From Octopus vulgaris (Eukaryota), in contig OX597820.1 of assembly GCA_951406725.2 (NCBI GenBank), positions 74,772,001 through 74,836,000 of the forward strand: 64,000 bases of DNA, given 5' to 3'. Shown piece by piece: positions 1 through 14,441 of this stretch; within the stretch, counting starts at the first letter, position 1, and every line of letters starts with the position of its first letter. A program made the translations under genes and the position numbers. The notes under the pieces are model-generated. The model worked only from the letters and a program-made list of their open reading frames with translations, made no database searches and was not told the origin of the DNA.

Positions 1-350
1 ATACATAAATACATAGATAATACATACATACTTACAGGCATACACACATACATACATAAATACATACATAAATACATAGATAATGCATACATACTTACAT
101 GCATACACACATACATACATAAATACATACATACATACATAAATACATGCATACATAAATACATACATACCTGCACATATACATAAATACGCACATATAT
201 ACATATATACGTACATACGTACATACATATATACATACATGCATAAATAGATGCATACATAAATACATACATACATGTATATATACATAAATACATAAAT
301 ACATACATACATACATACATACATACATACATACATACATACATACATAC
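1..350. repeat. (ATAC)n degenerate microsatellite
   Basis: Direct reading of tandem ATAC/ATAA units. Confidence 0.95.
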
Positions 351-550
351 AAACATACGCGTGTCTGTGTGTGTGTGTGGGGGGGTACATTTAAATTCAG
401 CCAAGTCAACAGTGTTTCAAGTAGAATAGAAGTTAAGATATTCTCTCATTCTAGGAAGGAATTCGTTTCCTTTGCATTTGCTGCCAATGCAAATGAGGAA
501 TATATTTATATGGCAATACTTGATTTGGCATGTTTATTTTCAAATTAAAA

Positions 551-890
551 GGCTGTGCGTTTATGGACCTCACTTTGCAACAACGTGTATCTAGGTTCAG
601 TCCCACTGCGCGGCACTTTAGGAATGTGTTTCTACTGTGTCGAAGCCCGTCGTGAATGTGTGTGTATGTGTTTGTATGATTGTGTGTGTGTGCGTGTGTA
701 TATGTGTATGAGCATGTGTGAGCGTATGGGTGTCTGTTTGTTCCTCCACCACTGCTTAACAACCGACTTTGGTTTGTTTACGTTCTCGTAACTTGGTGAT
801 TCGACGAAAGAGCTCATACAAGAAGCGCTAGAATTACGAAATAAATCTTGGGCTGATTTGTTGGACTAGACCCTTTAAGGCGATCCCCTA
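551..890 (+). mobile_element. SINE family A, degenerate composite copy
   Basis: ggttcagtcccactgcg head, internal (TG)n, and a 3' module (aaccga...ggtttgtttacg...cgtaactt) matching the 19458 copy. Confidence 0.6.
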
Positions 891-1189
891 GAACGATTGA
901 TGTCCAGTAACTGGACTTAATAAAAGTTTATTAAGATAAATAATAAAAGATAATTGTATTTCTATGCTGCACGTCAAGTATAAACCCGACCCTGAAGTCT
1001 GTATGACCGCCAAAAATATCAGTTGAATATACCTACAGTCTGAAAAATGGAAGCCGTATTGGATAATGTATTCAAAGATACACAAAAGAGGAATGCTGAT
1101 CTCTGCTGGAGAGTCTTTGTTCATTGGCTCGTCTGCTCAGTCATCAATGACCTATGGTTAAATAACAGCGAATGCAAATTATTTCTTGT

Positions 1190-1685
1190 GTTTGAATCAA
1201 TAATATGGGTTCGGGTTTAGTCCCGCTGCATGGCACCTTGAGCAAGTGTTTTTTACTGCATCCTCGAACCGTGGATTTCGTAGACAAAAACTGAAAGAAG
1301 CCCGGCATATATAGCGTAGAAGATGCTTGTAAGCCATTTAAGAACATACAAAAACCATTAATTTCACCTCAACATTTAAACATCATTTGTGTCAAAATAT
1401 TTTGGTCACATTCGAACCGCGACCACTGACAAAACTTCGTGCTGCATCTGAGAAAGTAACAGTTAGTTCATGAAATATATATGTTTATGTATGTATGTAT
1501 GTATGTATTGTTCGTTCCACACCACCACCACTTGACAACCGGTGCACGTGTTTACATCCCCATAACTTAGCGGTCTGGCAAAAGTAACTGATAGAACAAG
1601 TGCTAAGCTTTTAAAAAGTACTCGGTCGATACGTTCGTGCTCCAACATGGCCACAATGAAATGAGTGAAACAAGTGAAAGTTAAA
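1190..1685 (+). mobile_element. SINE family A fragments (5' module ~1190-1310, 3' module ~1505-1685)
   Basis: ggcaccttgagcaagtg...aactgaaagaagccc and cttgacaaccggtg...aacttagcgg motifs. Confidence 0.6.
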
Positions 1686-1975
1686 TAGGTGAACGGTAAA
1701 TATATTAGCACCGAATGCATTTAAATTGGAATATACAATATTTAGAGCTGTAGCTAAATAAGCAGTGATACTTAATAACGGCTCTCTACAACACTAGCTG
1801 AAATACCATCTTAGGCGACATGGCATTTAATCCCCTAAGAACCAGGATGTAATATTCTATCCGAGTAATGGGATTTCTTATCAAATAAGTCCTCTTCGAC
1901 CCCTTCCACCAAATATTGGAAACAGGTGTGGCTAAAAGCACCAAATTTGTGCTTTTCATCTCTTAAGGGTGGAAA

Positions 1976-2310
1976 TACGAGGTGTTGCTGAAAAGTTCCT
2001 GGATTTGGGTAAAAGAAAATACAGGTGGATCACTTTTATTCTACATATTCTATACTCATATTCACACAACTATTGCAGCAGTCCTTCAGTTTTACTAAGC
2101 CTTATAAAAGAACTTGGAAGTTCGGACTTGAATCAGGTCTTTCACGATATTCTTAAAGCTAGGAACTTTAAAGAACCCCACTCGCAAAATCGTCCAATCG
2201 ATTACTGGGTTAATATATAAACGAATAATCTGTCTTCTCCACCTCGCGTCAAAAAATGAAATTGCTGAGAGAAAAGTCGCCATTTTGAGACTATTACGCA
2301 CACATCCACT
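1976..2310. mobile_element. mariner-like end fragment
   Basis: TACGAGGTGTTGCTGAAAAGTTCCTGG resembles a mariner TIR and the ends of the 37123-37935 element. Confidence 0.4.
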
Positions 2311-3540
2311 TTAATTGAAGCAGTTCAATTCAGATTTATTCAGTTCTATATACATTTTATTTTAATAGATTTCACTCTCTGTCATTTATTTATATGCTAA
2401 TTTTTATTTTTATTTCGTTACAAGTTGAAACTAAATATAGTTTGATCTATATCGATATAAGTGATATAATAGCTAGCAAAATGGGAAAAAGCTATTTCAT
2501 ATTTGCCCATTATAGTTTTATATATATTATATGAAAGTTTCGAGGTTTTCCAAGAACTTACACTGCTTGAATAAAAATATCAATAAATACCTTTATTTTT
2601 TTTCTTCTATTTTCTAAATATATTTTACAGAGACGTTATCACATACACATATATTATATATCTGCAGTCGATTGTACAAATGTAAAGTACGTACACATCC
2701 AACCATTTACGCCAAATGTTTATGAGTGTGTGTTTGTGTGTGTGTATGCATATGTAAATATGTATATACATATTCATACATGCATAAACATATATATATA
2801 TACATATATATATATATACGTATATATACATATATGTAAATATATATACACACATATATATATGCATATGTATGTATGTATATATGTATCCTTATGACCA
2901 TATATGTACACAAAGAAACTTACTTTCATGCACAGACTCACACAGACATAGTAATATACAATTGCGGCATTTCTAACCTACCCCCGTATTATATTTATAC
3001 TGTAATATCGTAGAATATTATCTGAATAGAAATAGAATAAGGTTACATATATGCGATTATATATGTGTGCGTGTATGCATGTATATATATATTATTTGCT
3101 AATATATATACGTGTGTAGCTGTATTAATGCACGCCCACACATACATATACTCAGTGACACACACTCATATACATTTCCCGAAAAAATAAACACTACACA
3201 ATTGCAGCCATGAAAAATGTAGATAATACGACTTCTGAAACTATTAAATCTAAACATTCCTTACTAGATAAATGCTAAGACTAAAAGAGACCATTTTATA
3301 TGGACAATCTATAGTTTATACATATTTATAAAAACAAACAACAACACAAGCTCTGCCGTTTATATCAAAGTATTATCGTGGAATCAGAAATAATAAATAA
3401 AAAAGACCAAAAGAGATATTTCATCAGACCAAATTTTCGTCATACATAAAGGCGGCAGTTATACTTAGCATAAATATATTATTGTATCCGGTAAATAAAT
3501 GCATATATATATAAACACACATACATGCACATATACATAC

Positions 3541-3608
<68 letters not shown>

Positions 3609-4760
3609 GTGCATGTGTGTTTATGCATGTACGTGTGGATAAATGCAAAACATTAGTACGTGTTGGTCTGGAGATTACAGTTTGTGACGTGTCACGGTTT
3701 CATGCAAATGTCAAGGAATTTAGATACAGAGATGCTTAAGAGATATTCAAAGTAGGTGATGATGCAAAATATAGGATAACGGCAGGTTATAACATGTATC
3801 ACGTCATTATTATTTATTCTCCCATCCGAAAAAATGAAGCAAATATTTCATCCTATGTCTACACGTTGACATTAACTCTGTTTCTAGAACGCATTAATAC
3901 TTTACGCTCTAACTAGATCCTGAGATATCTTTAAATAGTTTATCTATACATACATAATGGCTGCAAACTCGAGTATTGCCAATGACTAATCGGAAGTCGC
4001 ACTCATGCGAAAGCTGCGACGAGCCATTTTTGTGATAGGTCTTAATTTTTTTCAAGCGATGCTCCTACATGATGATTTCTTATAGAAAGTAATGGATTTG
4101 CACAAATCCAATCCCACTCTCTGAAGATGGACAACACGAACTCGAAAAAGGGGCTAGTCTACATCATTGAATATTGTCAGGGTCGCAGGTTTACTCTTAG
4201 AGTTTCCCTCTCCTAGAAAGAAATAGTGTGACAACAGAAGGGCCTCCCCTTCCCAGTGAGCCAACCGCGCGCCTGGACACCAACCCAGGTATTTCCCTTG
4301 CCATAAATACATGCATACATGCACATGTATATATATTGTTGGATGGCCGTTGACTGCTCATGTGCTCTTCCGCCCTTTGACAGGTTTTATTTTTCGTCCT
4401 ACAGTCTCCAACAATCACCCTCCTCAGAAAGCAATCTGACATACATGCATACATACAGACGGAGAGACATACATAAAAATTAAAGAACTGCTTCGGTAGT
4501 GAATGACTATCGGATTGCACCTAGAACGTTACTCACCATGGTAAAAGTCTGAGCAAGGTTGTCCAGCCTCACTTCACCAGCCACCCAGACCAGATAATTG
4601 CTAAAGAGATCCGCGTAGAGGAACTGAATCCGAAAGAATGTGATTGCCAAGTAAATTTCATAACGACTCACCTATATTAGCGTCTATATATAAGTTTATA
4701 TTATGAACTCGAGGTTGCTATAATATTAAGAATATAAGACTTATTCATTAAATATACAAG

Positions 4761-4922
4761 TGGAGGCACATGTTTTAGTGGTTAGAGCAGCGGACACACG
4801 GCGAGGGATTGTGGGTTCGAATTTCAGACCGATCGATGTGTGTGTTTATGAGCGAAACTCCTAAGCTCTACGCGGCTCCAGTAGAAGGTAATGGCGAACT
4901 TCTGCTGACTCTTTCGTCACAA

Positions 4923-4974
<52 letters not shown>

Positions 4975-5095
4975 CTGCATCTTGTAGCTCACTTGCGACG
5001 GACCGTCGTCCCGGCCCGGTGGGAGAACCTATACGCCAATCAAACCGGGAACCCGGCCCTTATGAGGCAGGCATGGCTCGAGAATGAGCAATCAA
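4761..5095 (+). mobile_element. SINE family C (tRNA head, internal (CT)n)
   Basis: A-box-like agtggttagagcagcgg and B-box ggttcgaatttc. Similar to the copies at 13651 and 55183. Confidence 0.75.
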
Positions 5096-5892
5096 CATTG
5101 GATATACAAAAGTCAACTGGTAATAGGAACTTAGAACTTGAAAATAAATAAATGTCTTATTACTAAATATAAATTCATGACAAAGGCCATACAGGAATAA
5201 TACGGCAGCGATTATAAAGGAAAGTCTTGGTTCCATGATGCATAAGAAGCAAGTTGAAATTAGTGTGTTATCAACATTTGATATTTCTAAGATAAATACT
5301 TGGTTTTCGTACGCCATCACACTTGTAGCCATTCTGTGTCGATATTTTGTATGTTGTAGCATGCACATTATCATATATAAAGTAATGGAGATATTTCCCA
5401 ATACGAAAGTGTTCTAATTAGCATTTGGATAAAGATGAATCTGAAGTACGTGTTGGCAAATTGTTATGCTACATTTAATCAAAAGAATATCAGTGGTGCA
5501 GATGCAAAGCACAGGGTTAAATCGATTAAGCAAACATTCAACCCTGCCAAGAAGAATGAAGGACAAAAGAGGGGAAAAAACATGGATAAAAGTTACTTGA
5601 ACTGCATCAGAAAACTATACTTTCAAAAATATAATTGTAGATTAATGATACAGATTTTGAAGAGGAATAACGAACAGGGAATCTATAAAATATAATAAAT
5701 CTCAATACTTTAGTGTCCGGAAACTGTTTGTATATGCTAATGCATTGCATTTCAAATTTAATCATCAAACAAATGAGAGTTTGCCGTATAAAAATTAAAT
5801 CGGGTTCCACAGGAAAGTAACAAAGTGTTCCTGTCTTTTGTTCAGCTTAAGTTCAGCTCTGATGAAAAGCAATCTAACCGTAACCATTCTGC

Positions 5893-5935
<43 letters not shown>

Positions 5936-6624
5936 TATTACGCAATATACCTTTCCTTTTATAAAGATAATAAAGTTTGAGTGTAATTATTTTTACCAAG
6001 TCACCCGAACACGTAGAACGCCCTCATTGGTTGAAGTTTTGCAAATATTGAAATGAGTTGTACAGAATATTTTTTATACCGGATTTCGATTCATAAATGG
6101 TAAATAAAATCAAAAACATTTTGGGTAGGGGCTAGTTGTCGTTAAAAGATGAACAAGACAATGGTTTTAGCCTTCCTTTAGCGAATGAAAAGTTATGCCT
6201 GAATTTTAATTTATTTCTTCCTCTCTTGCCAAATAATCCGCCTGATTTGTGTTTATTGAATTTCATTTTGTTGATACTGATAACTATAAACCTTAACAAA
6301 TTGCAGTGTCTATGTTAATTATTTCTTTGTACACAATTTCCTGAGAATTTCCATAAAAGGCAAGGATAGAAAGACATTTGCGGATATATCCGTATTTATT
6401 ACTTGAATAAATAATTTATGTATAATTTATTGCATTAAATCATTTCAGTTGCTCAGTAATATTATAAATATCAGCAATTACTCAGTCTACGCAATCTGGA
6501 TTATTCATAAACTGTGAGTGGCTGACATATTGAAATCAAAAAAAGTCTACCTGAGATGAGATAGACTTGCATTGCTCACCACATATTTCATCGATATGTC
6601 GAATTCGAATTATCAAAGACATTT

Positions 6625-6932
6625 GGGTGTCAGTTTGGATACTGGAGTCGATCTAATCAATTGGCCCATCCCCCAAATTTCGGGCCTTGTTCCTAGAGTA
6701 GAAAAAAATTTGGGAAAAAAGGCAGCGAGCTGGCAGAAACGTTAGGATGCTGGACGAAATGCTTAGCGGTATTTCATTTGTCTTTATGTTCTGAGTTCAA
6801 ATTGCGTCGAGGTCGACTTTACCTTTCATCCTTTCGGGGCCCATAAATTAAGTACCAGTTGGATACTGGAGTCGATCTAATCGATTCGCCCCTCCCCCAA
6901 ATTTTGGGTCGTGTGCCTCGAGTAGAAAAGAA
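6625..6932 (+). mobile_element. SINE family B (6721-6932) preceded by a duplicate of its 3' tail (6625-6712)
   Basis: ggcagcgagctggcagaaacgttag head, gagttcaaatt B-box, and a cctttcatcctttcgggg Meta/MESC-like core. The tail ggatactggagtcgatctaatc occurs twice. Confidence 0.85.
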
Positions 6933-8746
6933 TTTGGAAAACTTGTGGTATTTGTGCTCTCTGATGTAAATTTATCTTCAATTCTTTCTTATTAGATAAA
7001 AAATAAAAGTCCAGCGCTGTGTACAGGTGTGTACTTTACGCATGTGAGGAAATGTCATTGCAGTAACTATTTCGACTGTTTGAGTTCAACAACAACAGCT
7101 GCGACGACACCATTGGTGGCGTAAAATGTAGGGAATTACATGCGATGGCAACAGCTGGCTCCTATACGTACCAAAATCAACTTTATCCAGAACTGCACTC
7201 CTGTGAGGAAATTTTCAGATGCAGTTACATGATCTCACGTGACATACCGAGAAATTACACACCTAGATGAACCCTATATTGTTTTCTTTTATTCGCATCG
7301 CATTTGTTACCTATATATTTTAAGGGTATCCATTTACTTATCTTCAACGGACGGAAAGCAAGCGATAGAAACTGTGGGCGTTGCATAACATTTACATCCG
7401 ACCCCATACGGCTTACTCCCCAAAATTATATGCAATTACTTTATGCTTTATCCATTTGCCATTGCTTAAGTATAACTAGCGTATTTCTTTCACAAAAAAA
7501 TATTTTGTAGCAAAAAGAGAAATCAATATAGATTTATGTTATACAATAAAGGAAACTTCACAATAGGAGTAATTCCTCAAGAAATTATATGCTCTATTGA
7601 TAAAAATGTATCTTAGAAAATGTACAAGCATTTGAATGTATCGTGAGGAAAATAACCATCGTAGAACGTGAGTCAAAGATTAGTTTATCTGGAGCATATC
7701 GTATACGACACGGTACTTCTCATAAAGAGTTTAGATATATACAGTAATGTGTTTTCTCATTTAGTTCAGAATTCCTATAGAAGCATTTTTCTCAATTTCC
7801 GTTAATATTGTTTTGAGTATCAAGTGTTTGTTTTTATTTTTTTTACTAATGGATCTAAAATTAAGGACTTTATGAACCATTTGGTAATAATAAAATAATG
7901 TAAAACTTGCAGCAAGCAAGAAGATTTCTCTGTGAAGTCTACAAATGTTTTTCTTTATTTAGTGCTTTTTAATGTTGCTAATAAGCCGGGTAAACTAACA
8001 GGTTTCACTTCTAAGTGCTAGGTTCAAAATTATTTTATACTTATCAAATCACTAATACTTAGTGACAATCTGTCTGTAGTTACGAAGTCTTATAGATAGT
8101 TCCAATAACCTGTTTGGGATGTACTGACCGGAACAGGTCAAGTTACTATTAAACCAAAATACTGAACCTTCTGTTAACCGGGCAGAGCACACTTAGCATC
8201 TCCAGGATTGACCAAGTTGGTGGAGACACCTCTGATGAGAATGCAATAAAATTTAAGAATCGATTAATTTGGTTTATCATTTTTGCAATCTACGGAGACA
8301 CAGCTTAAATAGCTCTGTTTATACAGGTGATATATAGCTTACAAATCTTATATCATACTTTGATATTGGCTGGACTGAGATCGCCGTCGACAGGCCCTCG
8401 GATATTTATTGTATCAGTGGCGATGTCCGAATCCTCGCCACCACTGTTGTGTCGCACGTTCGACGAACGGCATAACGAGATAATAATAATGTCCTCACAA
8501 ATCGTTCTACTCGAGGTACTAGTAATAACCTTCGACGATACGCAACTCTCGGCTTCACACAGCTCAAGATTCCCTTGCACTCTCTGCGTATGTCCATTTA
8601 TATTTTAGCACAGTCCAAAAGGAGCCAACTAATAGGGGTGTTCTACTTCCACTCAGCAATATTTAAAAATAAAGGGTTAATATTTACAGTATACAAAATT
8701 AGTGGCTCCAGTTTTTTGTAGCGACTGTAATTATTTCACAACCATC

Positions 8747-8786
8747 TGAGGAGAGCAAAGCTCTCCTCACGAACGCGCGTTCGTGA
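8747..8786. other. Double palindrome: 10-bp hairpin plus 20-bp perfect palindrome
   Basis: TGAGGAGAGC-AAA-GCTCTCCTCA (8747-8769) overlaps TCACGAACGCGCGTTCGTGA (8767-8786). Confidence 0.9.
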
Positions 8787-9696
8787 TATGCTTGTGATCT
8801 ATAAACAGTTTTGAGTAGGAGCCGGAAAGAGAAGTATGAATATGCAATGCGCATGTGCCCACTGAATTTTTAAGATGGAATAGAAGAATAAAAACGCAAT
8901 GTGCATGTCAAAATAAAACGGAAAAGAGGCATAAAACAAGTTATATGATGGTTTGTAGGCTACATTTAACACCGCTATCATGTAGCTTTGCTGCAGTTTT
9001 CTTCTTGAGTATATAAACAGATTGGCTGTTTGTTTCTCTGGGATTTGTCAAATTGATGTGGACACTTCATAGAAGGATCCAATAAGATTCAAAATAACCG
9101 ATTAAAGTTGTTCAACAGTTTTTCAATCAACCAAGAAGCAAGTTAATCAGGCACTCTTTATATAGGTTGCACATATAATCTGAAGTCAGAGCTCCTACAT
9201 GGCCTTAATCATGATGGTTAAATATATATTGGAATTCAATTTTAGATGTTAGGGTAAAGTGTGCGGTGATGATAACTCCTATGAAAATGTAAATGATAAC
9301 ACGACTATTTTTTTTATTTTGTGGGCTACAATCACCTAACTAATCCATGTTGCACATTGATGGAAGGAGACACATCAACGGAGAATATATATATAATTAA
9401 CGAATCACGCAGATTTAAATGTGTAAATGGTATAATAAAATCGACACCCAAAGAATAATGCTAATTAACACACACTAAAATGGGGAAATTCTGCCATGCA
9501 CACCATCATTAAGCACCTTTCATGCAACAAGAATATTTACAGGTGAAGAAATCTTTCGAGAATAATCAGGAGAAAATAGTAAATGTTACACGACCACCTA
9601 GTGAGGTTTTGGATATGACGAAGACCATACAATGCCTTAAACTCTTGCACTTACATACTATGTCAAATCTGTCCCAATTATGTTCGTGTATGTGTA

Positions 9697-9742
<46 letters not shown>

Positions 9743-9843
9743 TGCTTGATATTCTACTTTTTTTACTACTTATTATCATTTACATTCTCTTCCAGCAATA
9801 ACGATCTTTATTACAAATCAATTTTTCTCTCACTTTTATTGCA

Positions 9844-9860
9844 ATCTATCTATATGTCTG

Positions 9861-9946
<86 letters not shown>
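9844..9946. repeat. (TCTA)n microsatellite, 5' flank of the tRNA-Tx1 insertion
   Basis: Direct reading. Confidence 0.95.
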
Positions 9947-9947
<1 letters not shown>

Positions 9948-10011
9948 GGCGCAGTGGAAGCGTGCTGGGCCCATAACCCAGAGGTCCGTAAATCGAAACT
10001 ACGCTCTGCTA
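9947..10011 (+). pseudogene. tRNA-iMet: Initiator tRNA-Met(CAT) pseudogene, missing the 5' acceptor strand (nt 1-7)
   Basis: TGGCGCAGTGGAAGCGTGCTGGGCCCATAACCCAGAGGTCCGTAAATCGAAACTACGCTCTGCTA matches metazoan tRNAi-Met from U8 to A73. Anticodon CAT is at 9972-9974 and the diagnostic ATCGAAA T-loop is present. G53 appears mutated to A, and there is no CCA. Confidence 0.93.
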
Positions 10012-10028
10012 AGTGAACTTTCTGTTTT

Positions 10029-11239
10029 GCTGCCAACACCCGTTAAAAGGAGGGCTGAACATGCTGTGGATGATGATGCACAGACACGCGCTGAGACTGC
10101 GACATCTCCGGCTCTACGTAGACGACGGTGAAGAGGTGTGGTTGCCGTTTGTGAGGCGTGCTTTCCCGCAGCTCGTCTCCATGACCGAACTGCAGTCGTG
10201 GATCAAAAAGGAGCCGAGGAAGGGCGAATGGCACCGCGAGTGTCGCGTTGCTCTCACGCAACAATGCCGTCCCGGGTCGACTTTGAGCGACTTCAGCACA
10301 ACCAAAGCAGTCTATAGGGGATTAGTGGTGGGGAAGTACGACGACGATCTCGGGGCGAACCTGGGCGTCGACGAGGAATACCTAACCCGCCTGTTCAAGA
10401 CGACTTTCGGGCCGGGACCTTTGGACAACTTCCAGAGATCCCTGACTTGACAGTGCTATTGAGAAGCGCTACCCGTTCGGGATAAGTTCTACAGGCATGG
10501 CACGAGAAACACTGTGCCGGCCTGCCCGAAATGCGGTCATAGCGACGAAACCGTTCTGCACGCCCTCGTACAGTGTCCAACAATTTCCGATTTGTGGGCC
10601 TATGTCGAGCGACTGCTATCGTGGGTGGGACGAGTCGGTTTATCAATCGAGTCTATCGTGAATATTGTCGCGCCTCCTGCCTTGAAAGGGGAAGGAAGAG
10701 CCATTTTCATCGTACTTGTGGCTATGGCGAAAGAATGTGTATGGTGTACGCGTCTGAAAGTTCTAGAGACACTTTCTTCTCTGGTCAATCTCTCATCAAC
10801 TTCTTCAAGTATCGCATGAAAAGGAAGGTTAGAGAGGGAAGTCTTGTCTAGTGAATGTTTCAAAAGAGATGGGTAAATGTAGTAAGGATGGCACGTGTGA
10901 ATGACGGAGCCAGCTTGAGCATAATTCTATGAACCAAAAGAGAAAAAGAAAGGAAAAAACAGTCACTGTAATGTATTGTTTTGCATGACATTATTGCCCA
11001 AGGTTACCGTGGTCATTTCCGTAGGCTTTTCTTTCCAAGTATAAACTTAAACGGTTTTTCCTTTTTACATAGACATTTCTGTGATACACGATCCCTATTG
11101 ATCAGCTTTTTTTTTTTCCACGATCACTTTTGATCGAAATTTGACCCACTGTTTTTTCTCATCGTCTTTCCAAAAAGAAAGGCCCTACTTTGTATTTTGT
11201 CCCCTCTGTGTTCAGCCCTGTGTGGCCAGTAAAGAAGCA

Positions 11240-11240
<1 letters not shown>
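10029..11240 (+). mobile_element. 5'-truncated Tx1-clade (L1 group) non-LTR retrotransposon: ORF2 C-terminus plus 3' UTR
   Basis: CQHPLKGGLNM..RHALRLRHL post-RT motif and a CPKC..DETVLHALVQC CCHC knuckle, with stops and frameshifts. T-rich 3' UTR ends in (ATCT)n. Confidence 0.85.
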
Positions 11241-12073
<833 letters not shown>

Positions 12074-12300
12074 GGTGGCGAGCTGGCAGAAACGTTAGCA
12101 CGCCGGGCGAAATGCTCAGCTGTATTTCGTCTGCCGTTACGTTCTGGGTTCAAATTCCTCCGAGGTCGACTTTGCCTTTCATCCTTTCGGGGTCGATAAA
12201 TTAAGTGCCAGTTACGCACTGGGGTCGATATAATTGACTTAATCCGTTTGTCTGCCCTCGTTTGTCCCCTCTGTGTTTAGCCCCTTGTGGGTAGCAAAGA
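12074..12300 (+). mobile_element. SINE family B, variant with a Tx1-like tail
   Basis: Same head and core as 6721. The tail tttgtcccctctgtgtttagccccttgtgggtagcaaaga resembles the Tx1 3' end at 11196-11235. Confidence 0.88.
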
Positions 12301-12465
12301 TATATATATACACATACATATATATACACTCAGACACACACACTCATATATACATATATATATACACACATACATATATATATATATACACATACATATA
12401 CATACACTCAGACACACACACTCATATATACATATATATATATACACACATATATATATATATAT

Positions 12466-12524
<59 letters not shown>

Positions 12525-12531
12525 TATATAT

Positions 12532-12624
<93 letters not shown>

Positions 12625-13650
12625 TATATATATACATATATACACATGCGCTCACATACACACACACACAACAATATGTGCGTGCATCCGGTGCGTATGA
12701 GCGAATGTGCGCATAATTTACATGTGAAATACGCTGCCAAACAAAAAATATCAATATCGAAATCGATATCAGTTTTGTCCCACACTTTACATTTCCACAG
12801 TTCGATTTATGAGTGCTGTTTGATTTATTCTAGTTGAGTTAAATACTTGTAAAAACTATCCCCAATTTCACTTTTTGCACCTATGTTCTCGCTCACGTAG
12901 GAGAATATACGTGCAAAATAAGATGGAGGAAATAGTCGCATAAATGCCAGAGGCAGAGCAAAATAATGTTTTAGTGAAGTTGAAAAACCTCATGAACTAT
13001 TATTCAGAGTTTCATGTAGCAGATAATCGGACGAAAGTAGAGTAGCAATAGCTTATAAATGATTGTAAATGAAGAGCTTACTTTCAGAACCAGATAAATT
13101 CATCTGAATGACTTTTGGAGTAATTGTTTAAAAGAACAACAAAACTCGAATATATCTGATTTTGATTGGAAGGCTAAGATTCGCCAACTGGGTGTCTATA
13201 TATGGCATCATTTCCAGTTTGACTGAAAAAAACTTTCACGTGCGTGAAGCCAGCAGCTTGCAGATTGTGCTTTAATGATTATCATGAAACCGACCAAATA
13301 TGCACATATGCCGGTTTTGAAAGTAAGCTCCTCAAATTGTGTAGCAATAATTATGTTTTGTGAAGGCGCGTGGCATGATTGTTACGGTGTCGCGAATTAC
13401 ATTTACAATCGCAAGATCATGGCTTCCATTCCTGAACCGAGGCGTGTAATGTGTTTTTGAGTAAAACACTTCGTTTCTTGTTGCTCTTATCCATTCGGCT
13501 GTGAATGAGGAATCCTGCGACAGACAGGGTTGCTCATTTACGTTCAGACGTACTTCCGCGATCGAACAGCCAAACTATGTGTCCTGGGACGTAAGACAGC
13601 AATGTCGAGGGGTCTCTGTTAAAAAATAATCATTCAGTAAATCATCAAAA

Positions 13651-13960
13651 GTGGAGGCGGTGGCTTAGTTGTTAGGGTGTTGAACTCATGATCGTAAGGT
13701 TGTAGTTTCGATTCCTGGACAGGGCGATGCGTTGTGTTCTTGAGCAAAGCACTTCATTTTCACGTTGCTCCAGTCCACTTAGCTGGCAAAATGAGTAATC
13801 CTTCGACGGACCGGCGATCCGTCTAAGTGGGGAATTTGTACGACAGTAAAACCGGAAAACCAGCCCTTATAAGCCTGGCATGGCTTGAGAAGGAATATTT
13901 GAGGAAACAGGGAAACCGACCCTATGAGCCAGGCGTGGCTCGAGAAGGAACAAACGAACA
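13651..13960 (+). mobile_element. SINE family C
   Basis: ggaggcggtggcttagttgttagggtg...gtttcgattcctgg head and ggcgtggctcgagaaggaacaaac tail shared with 4761. Confidence 0.75.
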
Positions 13961-14389
13961 AACAAAATCATCAAAAGCATACTTAACGCTGTTTACAGAT
14001 GAAGTGATGCTAAGTCATAATTAATGGAATCTTTTTAAAAATGCGATTGACCGTCGACAAAAGATAATACAAACATTAAGAAGTAGTAAAAGAAGTTGAA
14101 TAAATAAAAAAAAACCCAACTAATATTCTATTGTACAGAATCATTGTTATAATGTTTGCAGGAAAGGAAAAAAAAAATCATTCGAAACTATACAAGCACA
14201 CAATTCTATATACATATGTACATACACACGCGCACAAATAAATATTTATTTTATATATTATATATTATACAGATATATTGATAGAGAGATATATACATTC
14301 TTATGTATACATATATATGTATAGGCATTTATTTTGATGAAAGGTACATAAGTACTATACGTATGCACATAAGCGTATATGTATATATA

Positions 14390-14441
<52 letters not shown>

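Noticed and set aside
9947-10011. Functional tRNA-iMet gene
   Set aside because: It lacks the 5' acceptor strand and has a T-stem mismatch, so it is treated as a pseudogene.
9947-10030. LTR-retrotransposon primer-binding site
   Set aside because: The sequence is sense-strand, nearly full length, lacks CCA complementarity and has no LTR. The adjacent element is non-LTR.
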